NCBI RefSeq assembly: GCF_036321535.1
Contig: NC_087437.1
Location: 105,092,001 to 105,156,000, forward strand
Length of the DNA: 64,000 bases
Direction: 5' to 3'
From: Camelus dromedarius
Taxonomy: Eukaryota
A program made the translations under genes and the position numbers. Shown here one piece after another: positions 36,565 through 49,648 of this stretch. Within the stretch, counting starts at the first letter, position 1. Each line of letters starts with the position of its first letter. The notes beneath the pieces were generated by a model, which ran no database searches, was not told the DNA's origin, and saw only the letters and a list, made by a program, of their open reading frames with translations.

Positions 36565-36924
36565 GGCACCAGCTGACAAGGGAGATCAGAAACTTGTGAA
36601 AGGTAAGGGGAGGGGGTGAAGATGACTGTGCAGAGAGAAGCTCAGACTGTAATGCAGGTCTGACAAAGTACAAGATAGCCCAGTTAGGAGCTCCAGAGCA
36701 AGGATTATCCACTGCAGGAGTCCTGAATTGAATACAAGTGGCCAAACCATATTACCTCCACCAAATCTAGTCTTGACTTGGGCTGCCCAGGTGAAGTATG
36801 ATCTTGGCTTGAAAACTGAGGTAGATTCTAAAGATGCTAAGTGTCAGATAACTGCATGCACTGAACTGAAGAGCAAGTTCTTTGTTGAATAAAGGTCCGA
36901 GTGGCATACACCGCTGGTACCACA
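36565..36924 (-). mobile_element. ERVL LTR (LTR16-like)
   Basis: CTCAGACTGTAATGCAGGTCTGACAAAGT...GGAGCTCCAGAGCAAGGATT...TACCACA end. Confidence 0.65.
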
Positions 36925-37254
36925 CCAGGTCAGCTTAGACTTTGGTTCCATATGATTTGGTACATTGTCTAAATGTATTTTCCTCTGGTGCTCTGCTCAG
37001 TGTGGTTCTTAGGGTTCTGTAACTCAAATATATAGACACAGTATACTCATACTATTCCTAGAAATTGGTAGCTCTCTCAATTTACCAGCTTTTATTCACT
37101 TGAATGTTTATCTGGTTAATACTGACAAACCAAGCATCAATCTTTAGGATGATAACATTAACACTTTGGTGTAAAACTAAATCAAGCTGTCCACTGATTA
37201 CCTTCCACGACAATTAAAATTAGAACAATGTGAAATACAACTCCAATAGCCCTA

Positions 37255-37693
37255 TGTGGTAGAGTATAACACAGTTCAAAGTATTCATTACTCATCGTTC
37301 TATCTTTCATTCCAGAGCTCCTTTATATGGAAATATTGTACTTTCCAACCATCAACACCAGGCTTGGTCATATGACATACTTTAGCAGTAAAATATGAGA
37401 GGAAGTAACATGAAGTACTTCTGAAAAAAATATTTTAAAAGCTATCACACACTTTTACCATTAGTCTTTATATGCTGTTTTTCTCTTCTACAAGGCTAAT
37501 CAATAAAGGCTCAAATAGGGGCTGTCTGAGAATAAAAGAAAAGAAGAAAATGGAAGAAGCAAACCAACAATACAAACATGCAGAGATGCCCTGCCATAGA
37601 CAGTGAGGTAGAAATTAATCTTTGTTTTTCAATCCATCAACACCTTTTGAGTTACTTGCTACCGAAGACTGATCTAGCCTAATGATTGATTCA
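37255..37693 (+). mobile_element. MaLR LTR (MLT1I/J-like)
   Basis: CAGGCTTGGTCATATGAC...AAATATGAGAGGAAGTAACATG...AGAAATTAATCTTTGTTTT...CTAGCCTAATGATTGATTCA. Confidence 0.6.
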
Positions 37694-37734
37694 CTTGGCT
37701 TTTGGTGGCCAACTCTTGGGTTTCATGAAGATGG

Positions 37735-37905
37735 ACCTTGGGTATGTGTCCTTGGGCTAGTTTCTTTATATCCCATGTCTTGTCTGTAAAATAAGAGTAA
37801 GACTGAGATCTATTTCACATGGTTATCACCACAAACAAATGGATTCAAACATGTAAAGTACTCAGAATACCTAGAAAATAATGAATGCTTCCTAGAAGTC
37901 ATATT
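37735..37905 (+). mobile_element. MIR SINE fragment
   Basis: TGTGTCCTTGGGCTAGTT...TCTGTAAAATAAG...ATGTAAAGTACTCAGAA. Confidence 0.6.
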
Positions 37906-39089
37906 AACTGCCAACACCACCACCTCTGCTACTGTCCTACTGCTAGTCTTACCCATACTACTATGACCCTATCAGAGACAGTTGTGCAGTCCCAGTTACC
38001 AATTCTACCCCTTCCTTACTGGATTTATGATCTGCCATAATTTCTTTCAACAATTGATCTTCGGTTTCCCCACATAAATTACTTACATATGTCACGGTCT
38101 TCTTTTTTTTTTTTTTAACATGTACAAAGTACCAATCAGCATATCAGACTCTTCTGATGCTCTGGTAAGTTCACTTTCCAAATATTTTGATAATTCAGTG
38201 GCTTCATTTTAGTATTTACATCTATTGGCCCATATCCAGTCATTTCTTTATCATTTCTTCCTTCCCTCTTATACTGATCATGGTAATCTGAATATTCTAA
38301 AATCTTCTAGTTTATCTTTTTGGGTATCCTAACACTGTACTTTTATGAATTTTCATGTATTCTTTACTCTAAACAGAGCTCCAAACAAATCATTTTAAGT
38401 ATCAACATTTCTGCTTTAAAGGATATTATACTAAGTTGGCAGATACTTAAAAGCATCTGAAATGGTCATAAGTTATGGAGCCTCAAGGAAAACTCTTTTT
38501 AGAAGCTATTCTTCCTACTGTCATGTTTTCAAGGATGGAGAATAACGTTCTTTCTCATTTTCTTACCAGGAACAATTAAACAAAAAGACAACCTTTGTTT
38601 TGTTTTGTTTTAATCCTATAAATTTGGTTTTCTTAGTTTTTTTCTATGTCTTTGCATTCTTTTCACACAAAGCATCTTTTATCATCTGGGTGTGACACTA
38701 ATTTTCATTGCAACCCATTTTCCCAAATTCTATAAACAGATTACTATGCAATTAAGTCTCCAAAAACAAAGCAAAACCAAACCAAACCATATTTTTCAAA
38801 AATACATCATTCATCACTGAAAGAAAGTAAAATAGAAAGTTTAATTTTAAGTTAACTTTTCTGCTAGGTTTTTTAGATGTTAAATATTTTTCCATTGTTC
38901 TCTGACTTTCTGGTCTCCTTGACTTCAATTTCTCTTTGAATTCAGTCTCCCCTCTAACAATGTCAACGTTGCCTTCATAAATAGTAGATTTAATTATTTT
39001 ACTTTACAGAGCTCAATCTCCATAGATTCTCTAATAGGCTAAGAGTAAAATTACTTTACATGAGCTATTTGTGAAGCCTTCTATGAATT

Positions 39090-39480
39090 CTCTTTTTCAT
39101 TTGGTTTCTGTGATGCCACATACTTCTCTCTTTATTCTCTAGCTCCTTCTCATCCTCATTTCCTTAATCCTAAAAATATGGAATGCATCCTCTCCATCAA
39201 TCTCATTCTTCTATCTACAGTTTTCCTTTTGTATAATTTCCCATAGAGGTCTCAACTGCTGCAGAGCTGCTGTTGGGTGTTACCCACAGATATTATCTAG
39301 AGCCCTAAACACTTAGCCAAGTGCCACTTCTGCATTTTTGATGATCCACTTAGTATCTCCTTGTGCAGGCTCCAACAGCACCTCGTGTTAATCACACTTA
39401 AAACAGAATCTGTTCTGTTTCCCATGTACCCATCTTCTTCACCCATTACTTCAGAAAATATCATCTCTTCATGTCTTCTT
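39090..39480 (+). mobile_element. LINE-2 fragment
   Basis: TTGGTTTCTGTGATGCCACA...CTCATTCTTCTATCTACA...ATCTCCTTGTGCAGG...AGCACCTC. Confidence 0.55.
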
Positions 39481-39995
39481 TGTGTCTATCATTGGCTACA
39501 TGAGTATCTTAACTCTTAGGTTTTATGATTATTATAGAATTGTAGAATTAAAATAAATATTATAGATCATCCAAGCCATACCTTAGGATGCATAAATTTC
39601 CTCTACAAATTTGACCTCTGGCCAAAGCATCTGTGAAATCAGTAACTGTAGTCTAAGTTGTGTGTTTATAGATGTTTCTCAGTATGATGTTGCTAGCTTT
39701 GTCATCCAAAGGAGTTTAAAACCAATGTCCAATAAACCAATAGACTCATCCTTTTTGTCTCTTCTTCTTACTAGTTTTGTTTTCTTATTTCCAAGTTCTG
39801 TCAATTCAGTCTCTTTAGTATCCTTCAAATAAAAACCTTCTTTTTTTTCACCCATTCCCAATTTGAGGCACACCCATGGACCTCCACCTGAACTACTTCT
39901 GCGCAGTTTCAGGTATAAGAAAAAGACACCTTGCCAGTGAACATTCAAGAAAACAACCTGAGGGACTGGAAACAGAATGGAACTTTCTTCCCAGC

Positions 39996-40303
39996 TTTAT
40001 TAGTCTCTTTTTGCTGTAGCAACAAACTACCAATAATGTTGTGTCTTAAAACAACACACATTTATTATCTCACACTTTTAGAGGCCAGAAGTTCTAAAAT
40101 CAATATGTATTTCTTCCAGAGGCTCTAGGAGAAAAGACATTTATTTGCCTTTTCCAGCTTCTAGAGGCTGCCTACTTTCCTTGAATCATAGAATCTTTGT
40201 CCATCTTCAGAGCCAGCAGTGTAACATCTTCAAATATTTAAGTGTTACTCTTGTTCTCTCTCTCTCTCTGTCTCTCTCTCTCTTTCTCACCTACTTATCA
40301 AGG
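39996..40303 (-). mobile_element. MaLR LTR fragment (MLT1B/C-like) with a (CT)n tract
   Basis: TATTAGT...AACAAACTACCA...TTAAAACAACACACATTTATTATCTCACA...GAGGCTCTAGG...TTTTCCAGCTTCTAGAGGCTGCC. Confidence 0.8.
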
Positions 40304-40479
40304 TCAAGCTGGGGAGCTGTGCTATGATCTGAATTAATGCAGAAGCTGGAGCTGTGTTTAAGAGGAGAGCAGAGTTCACTACCAGTGTTTTCTATGGCTT
40401 CAACAAGAGTCTGGTTAAGGCCACTGTTCTGGGAAATGTTGAAACATTTCTGATATCAATTCCTGGAACATAATTTTTT

Positions 40480-40830
40480 TCTATGTCCCAGTCTCCTAAC
40501 GCAATATCTTATGCCAATACAAATAGAGTTATTTTCATTTTCACTAGATCTTTCTTGATATCCTCTTGTGTGATTGAGAATGCAGTATATGATATCTTCT
40601 TCTAGTTCTGAATAGATTGTAATTTCCTCTAGTGTCTAGGTTTTGTTTATTTATTTTTTTGAATATTATTCCCCTCAGTTTCCACCTTGTCTCATAACTG
40701 TGAACAGAATTCTGAAAGCCAGACTCTTGGCCAAGCCTTGACAACTGAAGTAGACCCTTAACTAACCTCTCTGTTCCCAGTATTCCCTCAGTCATTGCAT
40801 CTTTTATGCCTCTGCTTATGTAAACTTCTT
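40480..40830 (+). mobile_element. LINE-2 fragment
   Basis: CTTGACAACTGAAGTAGACCCTTAACTAACCTCTCTG resembles L2 CCTGGACTACTGCAATAGCCTCCTAACTGGTCTCCCTG. Confidence 0.45.
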
Positions 40831-42332
40831 TGATATAGTGTGCAATGTCTCTTCTTCAGTATCCTTTGGAAAAATACTTAGGTGGGTCCCACAGCAAAAC
40901 AGACATCATGTAAACAACCTGTTATTGAAGTCAGGACATTCTGGATCTGTCTTTGAAACTAACTTTAGGGATTAAACTTCCGCATTTCTCTACCCATAGC
41001 TTTTCTCTCCTAAAGGAGATAACAGAGCATTTTCATCTCTTCTAGCCATTTTAGTTCATCCTTTCCAAGGTACCATCTGAAAATGATGTCAAATCAATTA
41101 TATGAGGGAAGAGTCACCACACACTGAAACATGGTCTCTTCATTAGACATGATAATTTCTGTTAATAAAATCTTATAGGCTGGTCATAAATAATTTAAAG
41201 GGTTTAGGTGGGTGGTCAAATCTTGCTCAGACTGTGGGAATCAGAAATATACATTTATAGAGCTCGTGTATGAAAATCTTTAGCAGTAGCACATCCCTTC
41301 TGTACAAAACCTTGGTAGTCAAGCGAGCAGTCAGTGTCATTGAAACATGGTGGCCTCCAAAATTCCTTCATATTCTTAAAAGGGGGCTAAATTGCTCACC
41401 AGATGCTATTTTAACTGTGATCTAAATTCTTACATTCACATTTTCCATCTTGTCACTCCTAAAAATAATCAAACTTCCTGGACACCTACAATGTTTCAAA
41501 AGGTGAAGGGATGGTGGGACCTTCTATTCTACGTCTCTTGGACAAGAGCTTGTCTCTGAGATAGAAGTCTTTGCTGCTCTCTGTAACTGCTCCTAAATGC
41601 AATCGATTTTATAAATAAAAATATTGGGTTTATTTTTCCCTCACACCATTCTCAGATCATAGTACAAATTGCCAACACGTCATTTATGTCCTTATCTCTA
41701 CACACTGGCATGACCTGAACTGAACCTGAGAGAATGCTGTAGGTGCTTAGCTGCCCATGCTATTCATCAAAATGCCTGCCTGGAAAAAAAGAAACTCATT
41801 GCTGTGAGAAATAATGCTTCAGCTTTTTCAGACCTCCACTGAGATAAAATGTCCAGACTTCACAAAATTCAGGCAATGTAAATTAGCAATTTCTCCAGCA
41901 CCTCCTGTTCAACAATAATAAGTACTCAGGGGAGTTCACAAGTGTCCTTGGAAAATAAATGGGAGGTTGGTGACTTCTGCACAAAATCTCTTGTGACTTG
42001 GGAAATGTCATGTAGTTAAAAATAGTATTCAGCAACTGGACTCAGGGCTACATTTATTCTAAAGTAATTTAAAATACTTATTTAAATCCAGGGTAAATAT
42101 GATAGCTTATATAGTAATACAGAAAATTTAAACTCTTTTCTCTAATGTAACAAAAACCCTGCATAGCATCATTGAAAACATTAAGTGAAACTGAAATCCT
42201 CTTTAAAATTTTATAAACAAAGAAAGCAGGAAGGAGGAAGGAAGAAAAGGAAAGAGGGACTTAAAGTATCACCTTAAACAGCATGCTAATTACAAGTGGC
42301 TTGTTTTATTAATTATATGGTCAACAATTAAG

Positions 42333-42333
<1 letters not shown>

Positions 42334-42363
<30 letters not shown>
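42334..42363. repeat. (CA)15 microsatellite
   Basis: Directly visible. Confidence 0.95.
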
Positions 42364-42364
<1 letters not shown>

Positions 42365-43429
42365 CACAATTACATGGGAATTCTTTTCTGTGTAATCCAA
42401 GTACTAAATATTTGTATTAACCATGTCCAAAGATAAAGTGTTAGGATTATTCTTTCATTTCATTATTTCCCATGTGTCTAGTAAACTGAAACTGATCCGA
42501 GGGTTAAATATAAGGTTTTCAGTTCTAAGACCTAGACGTTGAAATTCATTGTAAATATGTTTTCTTTTGTTTTTGTCACTGAGAAATAAGGAATAGTTTG
42601 TTCACTGGCATTGGTCTAAATAATTTTCCTAATAGGCAAAAGGATTTCATGACCTACCTAAAGAAAATATTTTGAAGGCAGTCTCTAAACTCTCACAATG
42701 GGAAAGAAAAAGATACTATATTGACATTTTTCTGTTGAAGAATTCCTGCCACTGCTGAATAGATAGGAATGTTATTTTAAATGTGAAATAAAATACATTT
42801 GCTTATTTGAAAATGTCTTCTTATTTGAAAATGTCTTCAAAAAGCAAATGTTTTCTTAAGTGCATACATACATAATCTATACTACTTTAAACATTTGTAA
42901 ACTCTGTTTAAAATTTCCACAAAAGGGAATAGAAAGGGCTATTTAATAACAAAGGGAATTTTAAGTCTTTTATATATTATTCATATTATTTACTACACCT
43001 CTGTAGAATAGTTAGGTTACTTCCAAGATGGACAGTTTACTACCTTCTCAACTGTGCAAATAATAAAACAAGCAAACAAAAAAGAAATATTCCTTAATCA
43101 GGTCAATGATATCTTTATATATTAAAAGCAAACTTCTTAACTATTTATGTTTTTTTCAAAATGTAGTTCACACTTTATATGTCAGGTGTGTTATTTTAAA
43201 TCCAAAATCCATTTTATGGTGTTTATTAATTTGTGTCTTGTATATAAATGAAATAAATATATAAATAAAAGAGTTAAGTTTTTTCAGGATACTATTAATA
43301 CCAAAACCACACAACTACTTGGAAAGGAAATCTTTTTTTTTTTTAATACCAACAAATTTACTCAATATTGGGGTAGTCACAAAAAATTTTATATGTAACA
43401 CATGGTCAGTAACATAACAGTTTTGGGAA

Positions 43430-44652
43430 CAGCAGACGAGATGACTGAGTAGGAAGACCCAAAGCTCACCTCCTCTCATGAGCACACCAAAATCACAACT
43501 AATTGCAGAACAGCCATTGATGAAAATGACTGAAACCTACCAGAAAAGATCTTCTATAACTAAATACATAAAGAAGGAATGACAACAAGAAGGGTAGGAG
43601 GGGAGGACTTGCAACAAAATCAAATCCCATACCCTTGGGTGGGCCACCCACAAACTGAAGAACAATTATGTTAACAAAGGTTCTCCCACAGAAGTGAGAG
43701 TTCTGAGCCCCACATCAGGTCCTCTAGTCTGGGGTCTGGCAACAGGAAGAGGATCCCCCAGAGTATCTGGCTTTAAATTCCAATGGGGCTTGATTGCAGG
43801 AGTTCCACAGGACTGGGGGAAATAGAGACTTCTATTCTTAAAAGTCACACACAAAATCTCATGTGCAGTGGGACCAAGGGCTAAAGCAGTAATTTGGTAA
43901 GAGCCAGGACCAGACTTACCTGCTGGTCTTGGAGAGTCTCCTGGGGAAACGGGTCAGCTGTGGCCTACCCAGCGGACATAGACAGTGGTGATGGGCATAT
44001 TGGGAAGCATTCATCTCAATGAGTTCTCCTGACAGCTACATCTTGGCACCAAACCCCGTCCCCCACCCAACAGCCTGTAGGCATCAGTTCTGGGATATCT
44101 CAGCCAATCAACAAATGGGTGGGGGGCGATGGACACAAAGCCCCATCCATTAGCAGGCAAGCTTCCTAAAGACTTCCTAAGCCCACAGCCACCTCTAAAT
44201 ACTTCCCTAGACACAGCCTGCCTACCAGGGGGCCAAGACCTAGCTCCACTTACCAGTTGGCAGGCACTGGCCCCTCCCACCAGGAAGCTGACACAGGCCT
44301 CTAGACCAGCCTCATCCACCAGGGGACAGACATCAGAAGTAAGAAAACTATAGCCCCATAGCCTGCAGACTGAATCTGCAAATACAGGTCAGACACTACT
44401 CTGGGACTAGCTGGCCCCTGGCCCTTGGGTGATGACAGGGGACTGCACTGCTGGAGTGCATAAGATACATCCTACAGAGGGTCACTCCTCCAAACTTGAG
44501 AAACATAATTAGCCTGCCACATACACAAAAATACAAATAGCAGTAGACAAAATCAAGCAACAGAAGAATATGTTTCAGATGAAGGAACAAGATAAAAACC
44601 CCAGAATTAGAACTAAGTGACATGGAGATAGGCAATCTACTTGAGAAAGAGT
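43430..44652 (+). mobile_element. L1 5'UTR plus first ~33 codons of ORF1 (3'-truncated)
   Basis: GAGATGACTGAGTAGGAAGACCCAAAGCTCACCTCCTC start and a GC-richer 5'UTR; ORF1 N-terminus (ATG decayed to ATC at 44552) KQQKNMFQMKEQDK/TPELELSDMEIGNLLEKE. Confidence 0.85.
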
Positions 44653-45974
44653 ATAGCTGATTTACAATTGTACACTAGTTTCAGGTATACAACATGATGA
44701 TTTAATATTTGCACACATTATACTCACTTTAAATTGAGTCTGTCTCTGTTTTATTATATTAATTCTTTTGTTTTATTTTTTAGATTCCACACGTAGGTGA
44801 TAACATACAGTATTTGTCTTTGTCTGACTTATTTCACTAAGCATAATATCCTTTAGGTCCACCCATGTTGCAAATGGCAAAATCTCATTTTTTTATCCGT
44901 TCATCTGTTGATGGACACTTAGGTTTCTTCCATATCTTGACTATTGTAAATATACTTCTCTGAAAATTGTGGTGTATGTATTTTTTAAAATTAGTGTTCT
45001 CATTTTCTTCAGATTATATACCCAGGAGTGAAATTGCTGGATCAGATGGTAGTTCTATTTTTAATTTTTTGAGGAAAACCCGAACTGTTTTCCATAGTGG
45101 CTGCACCAATTTACATTCTTTAACAACAGTGTACCAAGGTTCCCTGTTCTCCACATCCTTGTCAAATTTGTTTCTGTGGTCTTTTTGATGATAGCTATTC
45201 TAACAAGTGTCAGGCGATATCTCACTGTGGTTTTAATTTGCATTTCCCTGATGATTCATGATGTTGAGCATTTTTTCATATCCCTGTTGTTCACCTTTAT
45301 GTCTTCCTTGGAAAGATGTCTATTCAGGTCTTCTGCCTATTTTTTCATCAGGTTATTTTTTGACATTGAGTTGTATGAGCAGTTTATATATATTGGATAT
45401 TAACTGCATATTGATTGTATACTTTGAAAATATTTTATCCCATTCAGTAGGTAGTATATTTCTTTTGTCTTTTCTTTTTATACAAAAGCTTTTTAAGTGC
45501 AATCAAGTCACATTTGTTTATTTTTGCTTTTGCTTACTCTCCCTGAGGAGACAGAGCCAAAAAAATACTGTTACAACTTATGTCAGAGTGTACTATGTTT
45601 TCTTCCAGGAATTTTATGATTTCTGGTCTTATATTTAGGTCTTTAATCTATTTTGAGTTTATTTTTGTATATTATGTGAGAAAATGTTCTAATTTCATTC
45701 TTTTACTTGTAGCTGTCCAGCTTTCCTAGCACCACTTACCAAAGAGATTGTCTTTTCTCCATTGTATATTCCTGTCTCCTTTGTCATAGATTAATTGACC
45801 ATAGGTGTGTGGGCTTATTTCTGGGCTCTCTATTCACTTCCATTGCTCTGTATGTCTGTTTTGTGCCAGTATCTTACTGTTTTGATGAATATAGCTTTGT
45901 ACTATAGTCTGAAGTCAGGGAGTGTGATACCTTCAGCTTTGTTCTTTTTTCCTCAACATTGCTTTGGCTATTCT
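44650..45974 (-). mobile_element. L1 ORF2 3' region plus 3'UTR, lacking poly(A)
   Basis: Minus-strand [24 protein letters not shown] (L1 ORF2); its 3' end AGTATAGCTGATTTACAA abuts the + strand ORF1 fragment. Confidence 0.92.
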
Positions 45975-46256
45975 AAATGTTACTATTTAAAAATTGTATT
46001 TAAAAGAATTAAGAAAGTCATACCAGATCAGAACTATTTATGACTTTATTTACTTAGGAACTGGGTTTTGTGCTGAGTAATCAGAGATACAAAAATGCAT
46101 AACAGACAGCTCCTGATTTATTTTTCCATAAAGTTGACAGAGATAAGAAGTCCATAAGTTCACCCTCACCATTCATTTAACATAAAAAGGAAAAGTATTA
46201 CATGTATTACAAGTGAAAGCAGACATTGAAAATATCAAGGTAGTATATAATGCTGG

Positions 46257-46847
46257 TATATTAGAATTATACAAAAAATGTAACCAATAGGAGATATATA
46301 TCTTTCTAAATCTAGCTCTATTATATCTATCGCTTTCTTAAGGAGATAGAAAGAGAAAGGGATAGACATATTATAAGAAATTGGCTCATGTAATATAGAG
46401 GCTGACAAGTCCCAGGATCTGCAGTTGGCAAGCTAGAGACCCAAAAGTGAGATGATGTAATGCAGTCTGAGCCCAAATGCCTGAGACTCAGGACAGCCAT
46501 GGTATACTTCTAGTCCAAAGGCTAGCAGGCTCAAGACCCAGGAAAACTGATGTTTCAGTTTGAGTCTAAAGCTAAGAAAAAAAAAAAAAGAGGTTTCCCA
46601 GCTTGAAGGCAGTCAGTTAGGAGAAATTCCCTTTTATTTAGGTGAAGGTTAACCTTTTTGTTCTAGTCAGGCCTTTAACTGATTGGATGGGGCCCTCCCA
46701 TATGAGGGGTGTTGATCTGCTTTACTATTGATTTAAAAGTTAAACTCATCCAAAAACACCTTTATAAAAACACTCAGAATAATGTTTGACCATATATCTC
46801 AACACTGCATGATCCAGTCAAGGTGATACATAAAATTAACCATCACA
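46257..46847 (-). mobile_element. ERVL solo LTR (MLT2D-like)
   Basis: AATTGGCTCATG...GAGGCTGACAAGTCCCAGGATCTGCAGTTGGCAAGCT...AACTGATTGGATG...ACATAAAATTAACCATCACA. Confidence 0.9.
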
Positions 46848-48679
46848 TCTGACACGTAGTTGTATGAGAGTTTTATCCATTCTTGACCTTAACCATATAG
46901 GAAAATGGTTGGACAAACTGAAAATATGGTTACAAAAAATTTAGTTAGGATAATCATTTTTCACTTCCTTAAAAAGAAGTTGCTTTTCAACACAGATATA
47001 TTTGTTTTTTGCTTTAGTGTTTTAAATATCAGTTCATTTAGCTTGTTTGATTTTCCGGATATAAATAAACATTAGCACACCAATAAATTATGCAGAATCT
47101 CTTCTGTAGACAGGTTAAACAATTTTGCTTTGCAAAATCTATTTTGAGAAACTTGTATAAAATCCCAGAGCTTTTAATTTTTCTAAGTTTTCCAGAAGAT
47201 ATGTGCATATATATGTGGAAATAATTAAATCAGTGGTTTCTACTATTAACACATTGATTTAAAAAACAAAACAACTGTTTTCTATTTTCTCTAACAGAAT
47301 TATCATTGTGTTTTTTAATATGATTGAAACTGAGCTTGATGGCTCATATAACATTTCTATTATGAGTATAATCATAAAAAAACTTATAATTTATTAAATG
47401 TAGTTTCTAAGAATGAAACATATCAGTTAAAGCAGTTCCTGTGACAAGGCAAGGAACATATTTGAGCATTTGAGCTTCTTCCTCCACCTTAAATCCTTTA
47501 TAGTCACTTGGATTTAATTGTTTTTTAGGAGTTTGTGCTGAGCTCTGCAAATTATTTGTTTTAATCATTACAGAATAAGTCTTCTTGACAATTGTAAGAT
47601 TTTTGGCCAAGAATCTAGAACTATTTCTGCAAAGAAAGATGTTTACAGTGAGAGGGATTTAAGACTTATCTAAGGCTGAGAGTTAAATGTTCAGAGATTT
47701 TATCTTTAAGTTACAAAGAGCAAAAACAAAAAGCTTTGCTCTAATACAAATAGAATTTTAAGCAAATTATCATTGAGTCAAAACTAACTTCTTTCTTATT
47801 TTCATGATTTGAAAACCAGTTTTCAAACTTCCCCTGTGTGTTTCTTTGATAGATTTCAGGTTTAAAAAAAAAAGAAAATCTCCAAAGCTAGAAATTTCTT
47901 TCTTGACTCAAACTTATTTAATGCTTTATTTACATGGACTTCTTCTCTCCCCAAAGTGACTAATTTAATTAATACCACTTACATGCTATTGGTAAGTCTA
48001 ATAATTTCAGTTTTGATTAATCCAGATTCTTTTAATACTTCTTCATATACCTTAATCAGAACTCTGACCCAATTTTCACTTTAATTTTAATTTAGTCATG
48101 ATTTTAATTCAACACTAATTGAGTACTTAACCCACTTTTTCTAATTATTTATTTAAGAACAAATCTATTTTTCTTTAAATAGATTTTTCCTGGTAAGTTT
48201 CATTTAAATAGATTTTCCTGGTAGTTTGTTTTTCATTTGATCAAAAATCCATCTTAACCCCTTTTCTCTCTTTTGTATGTGATTTTTTTTTGGAAGTAAA
48301 TAATGCCATTGTTACTTAAATAATTTTATGTGGATTAATATCAAAACAAACAAAATTTGATGAGTTATATTCAAATGCTAGTTAAAAATAGGTTTATGTA
48401 TAACTAGAAAAGGACCACAATTATTAAACATAATTTTGTTGAATGTAAGTAATATTTTCTTTTTAGAAAGAATAAAAAGTGTTTGCATATTTTAAATTTA
48501 GCATTGTAATGCTTAATGCTTGGAATTATTTGGGGATACTGGACTGAATATGCTTTCAGGATAGGGAACAGTGATCTTGTTTTAAAACATTCTTATTTAA
48601 AATTTAGCCTGCTCCTCTGATTCAGCTGTTTTGCAAATAAGTGTCATATATTTTAATAGTTGAGACATAATCATTTCTT

Positions 48680-49648
48680 TTCTTTTTTTTTTTTTAATTG
48701 AAGTATAGCCAGTTTACAATATTGTGTCAATTCCTGGTATATAGCATGTTTCAGTCATACATATACATATATATATTCCTTTCATATTATTTTCCATTAT
48801 AGGTTACTACAAGATATTGAATGTAGTTTCTTGAGCTATGCAATATAAACTTGTGTATCTATTTTATATAGTAGTTCGTATCTGCACATCTCAAACTCTC
48901 ATTTTATCCCTTCCCACTTCCTTTCCCCCTGGTAACCATCAGTTTATTTTTATATATCTGTGAGTCTGTTTCTGTTTTGTAAATAAGTTCATCTGTGTCT
49001 TTTTTTTTTTTTTTTTAAGATTCCACTTATAAGTGGTATCATGTGGTATTTTTCTTTTTCTTTCTGGCTTACTTCACTTAGTCTGATGATCATCTCCTGG
49101 TCTATCCATGTTGCTGAAAATCACATTCTTTTATTCTTTTTTATGGCTGAGTAGTATTCCAATGTATGTATATGTATGTATGTATGTATGTGTGTGTGTG
49201 TATGTGTGTATATACATATATATACTTCTTTATCTAGTCACAACTTCTTTATCTAGTCATTTGTCAGTGGGCATTTAGGTTGTTTCCATGTTTTGGCTAT
49301 TGTAAATAGTGCTGCTGTGAACACTGGGGTGCATGTATCTTTTTGAATTAGAGTTCCCTTCAGATATAAGCCCAGGATTTGGATTGCTGGATCATATGAT
49401 AAGTCTTTTTTAGTTTTTTGAGGAATCTTCATACTGTTTCCATAATGGCTACACCAATCTACATTCTGACCAACAGTGTTGGAGGGCTCCCTTTTCTCCA
49501 CATCTTCTCCGGCATTTATTGTTTGTAGGCTTTTGAATGATGGCCATTCTGACTTGTCTGAGGTGATACTTCATTGTAGCTTTGATTTGCATTTCTCTGA
49601 TAATTAGTGATACTGAGCATTTTTTCATGTGCCTATTGGCCATTTGTA
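48680..49648 (-). mobile_element. Young 5'-truncated L1 with poly(A) and 18-bp TSD
   Basis: Minus-strand ORFs [24 protein letters not shown] and DLSYDPAIQILGLY...KDTCTPVFTAALFTIAKTWKQPKCP; TSD GAGACATAATCATTTCTT (48662-48679) and GAGACATGATAATTTCTT (49649-49666). Confidence 0.95.

Noticed and set aside
44316..44329. CTCF-like CCACCAGGGGACAG in the L1 5'UTR
   Set aside because: It has a mismatch at a highly constrained G of the core and is simply part of the L1 5'UTR sequence.
43430..45974. Twin-priming L1 inversion
   Set aside because: The geometry is wrong: the oppositely oriented piece joins the 3' terminus, poly(A) is absent, and no enclosing TSD was found.
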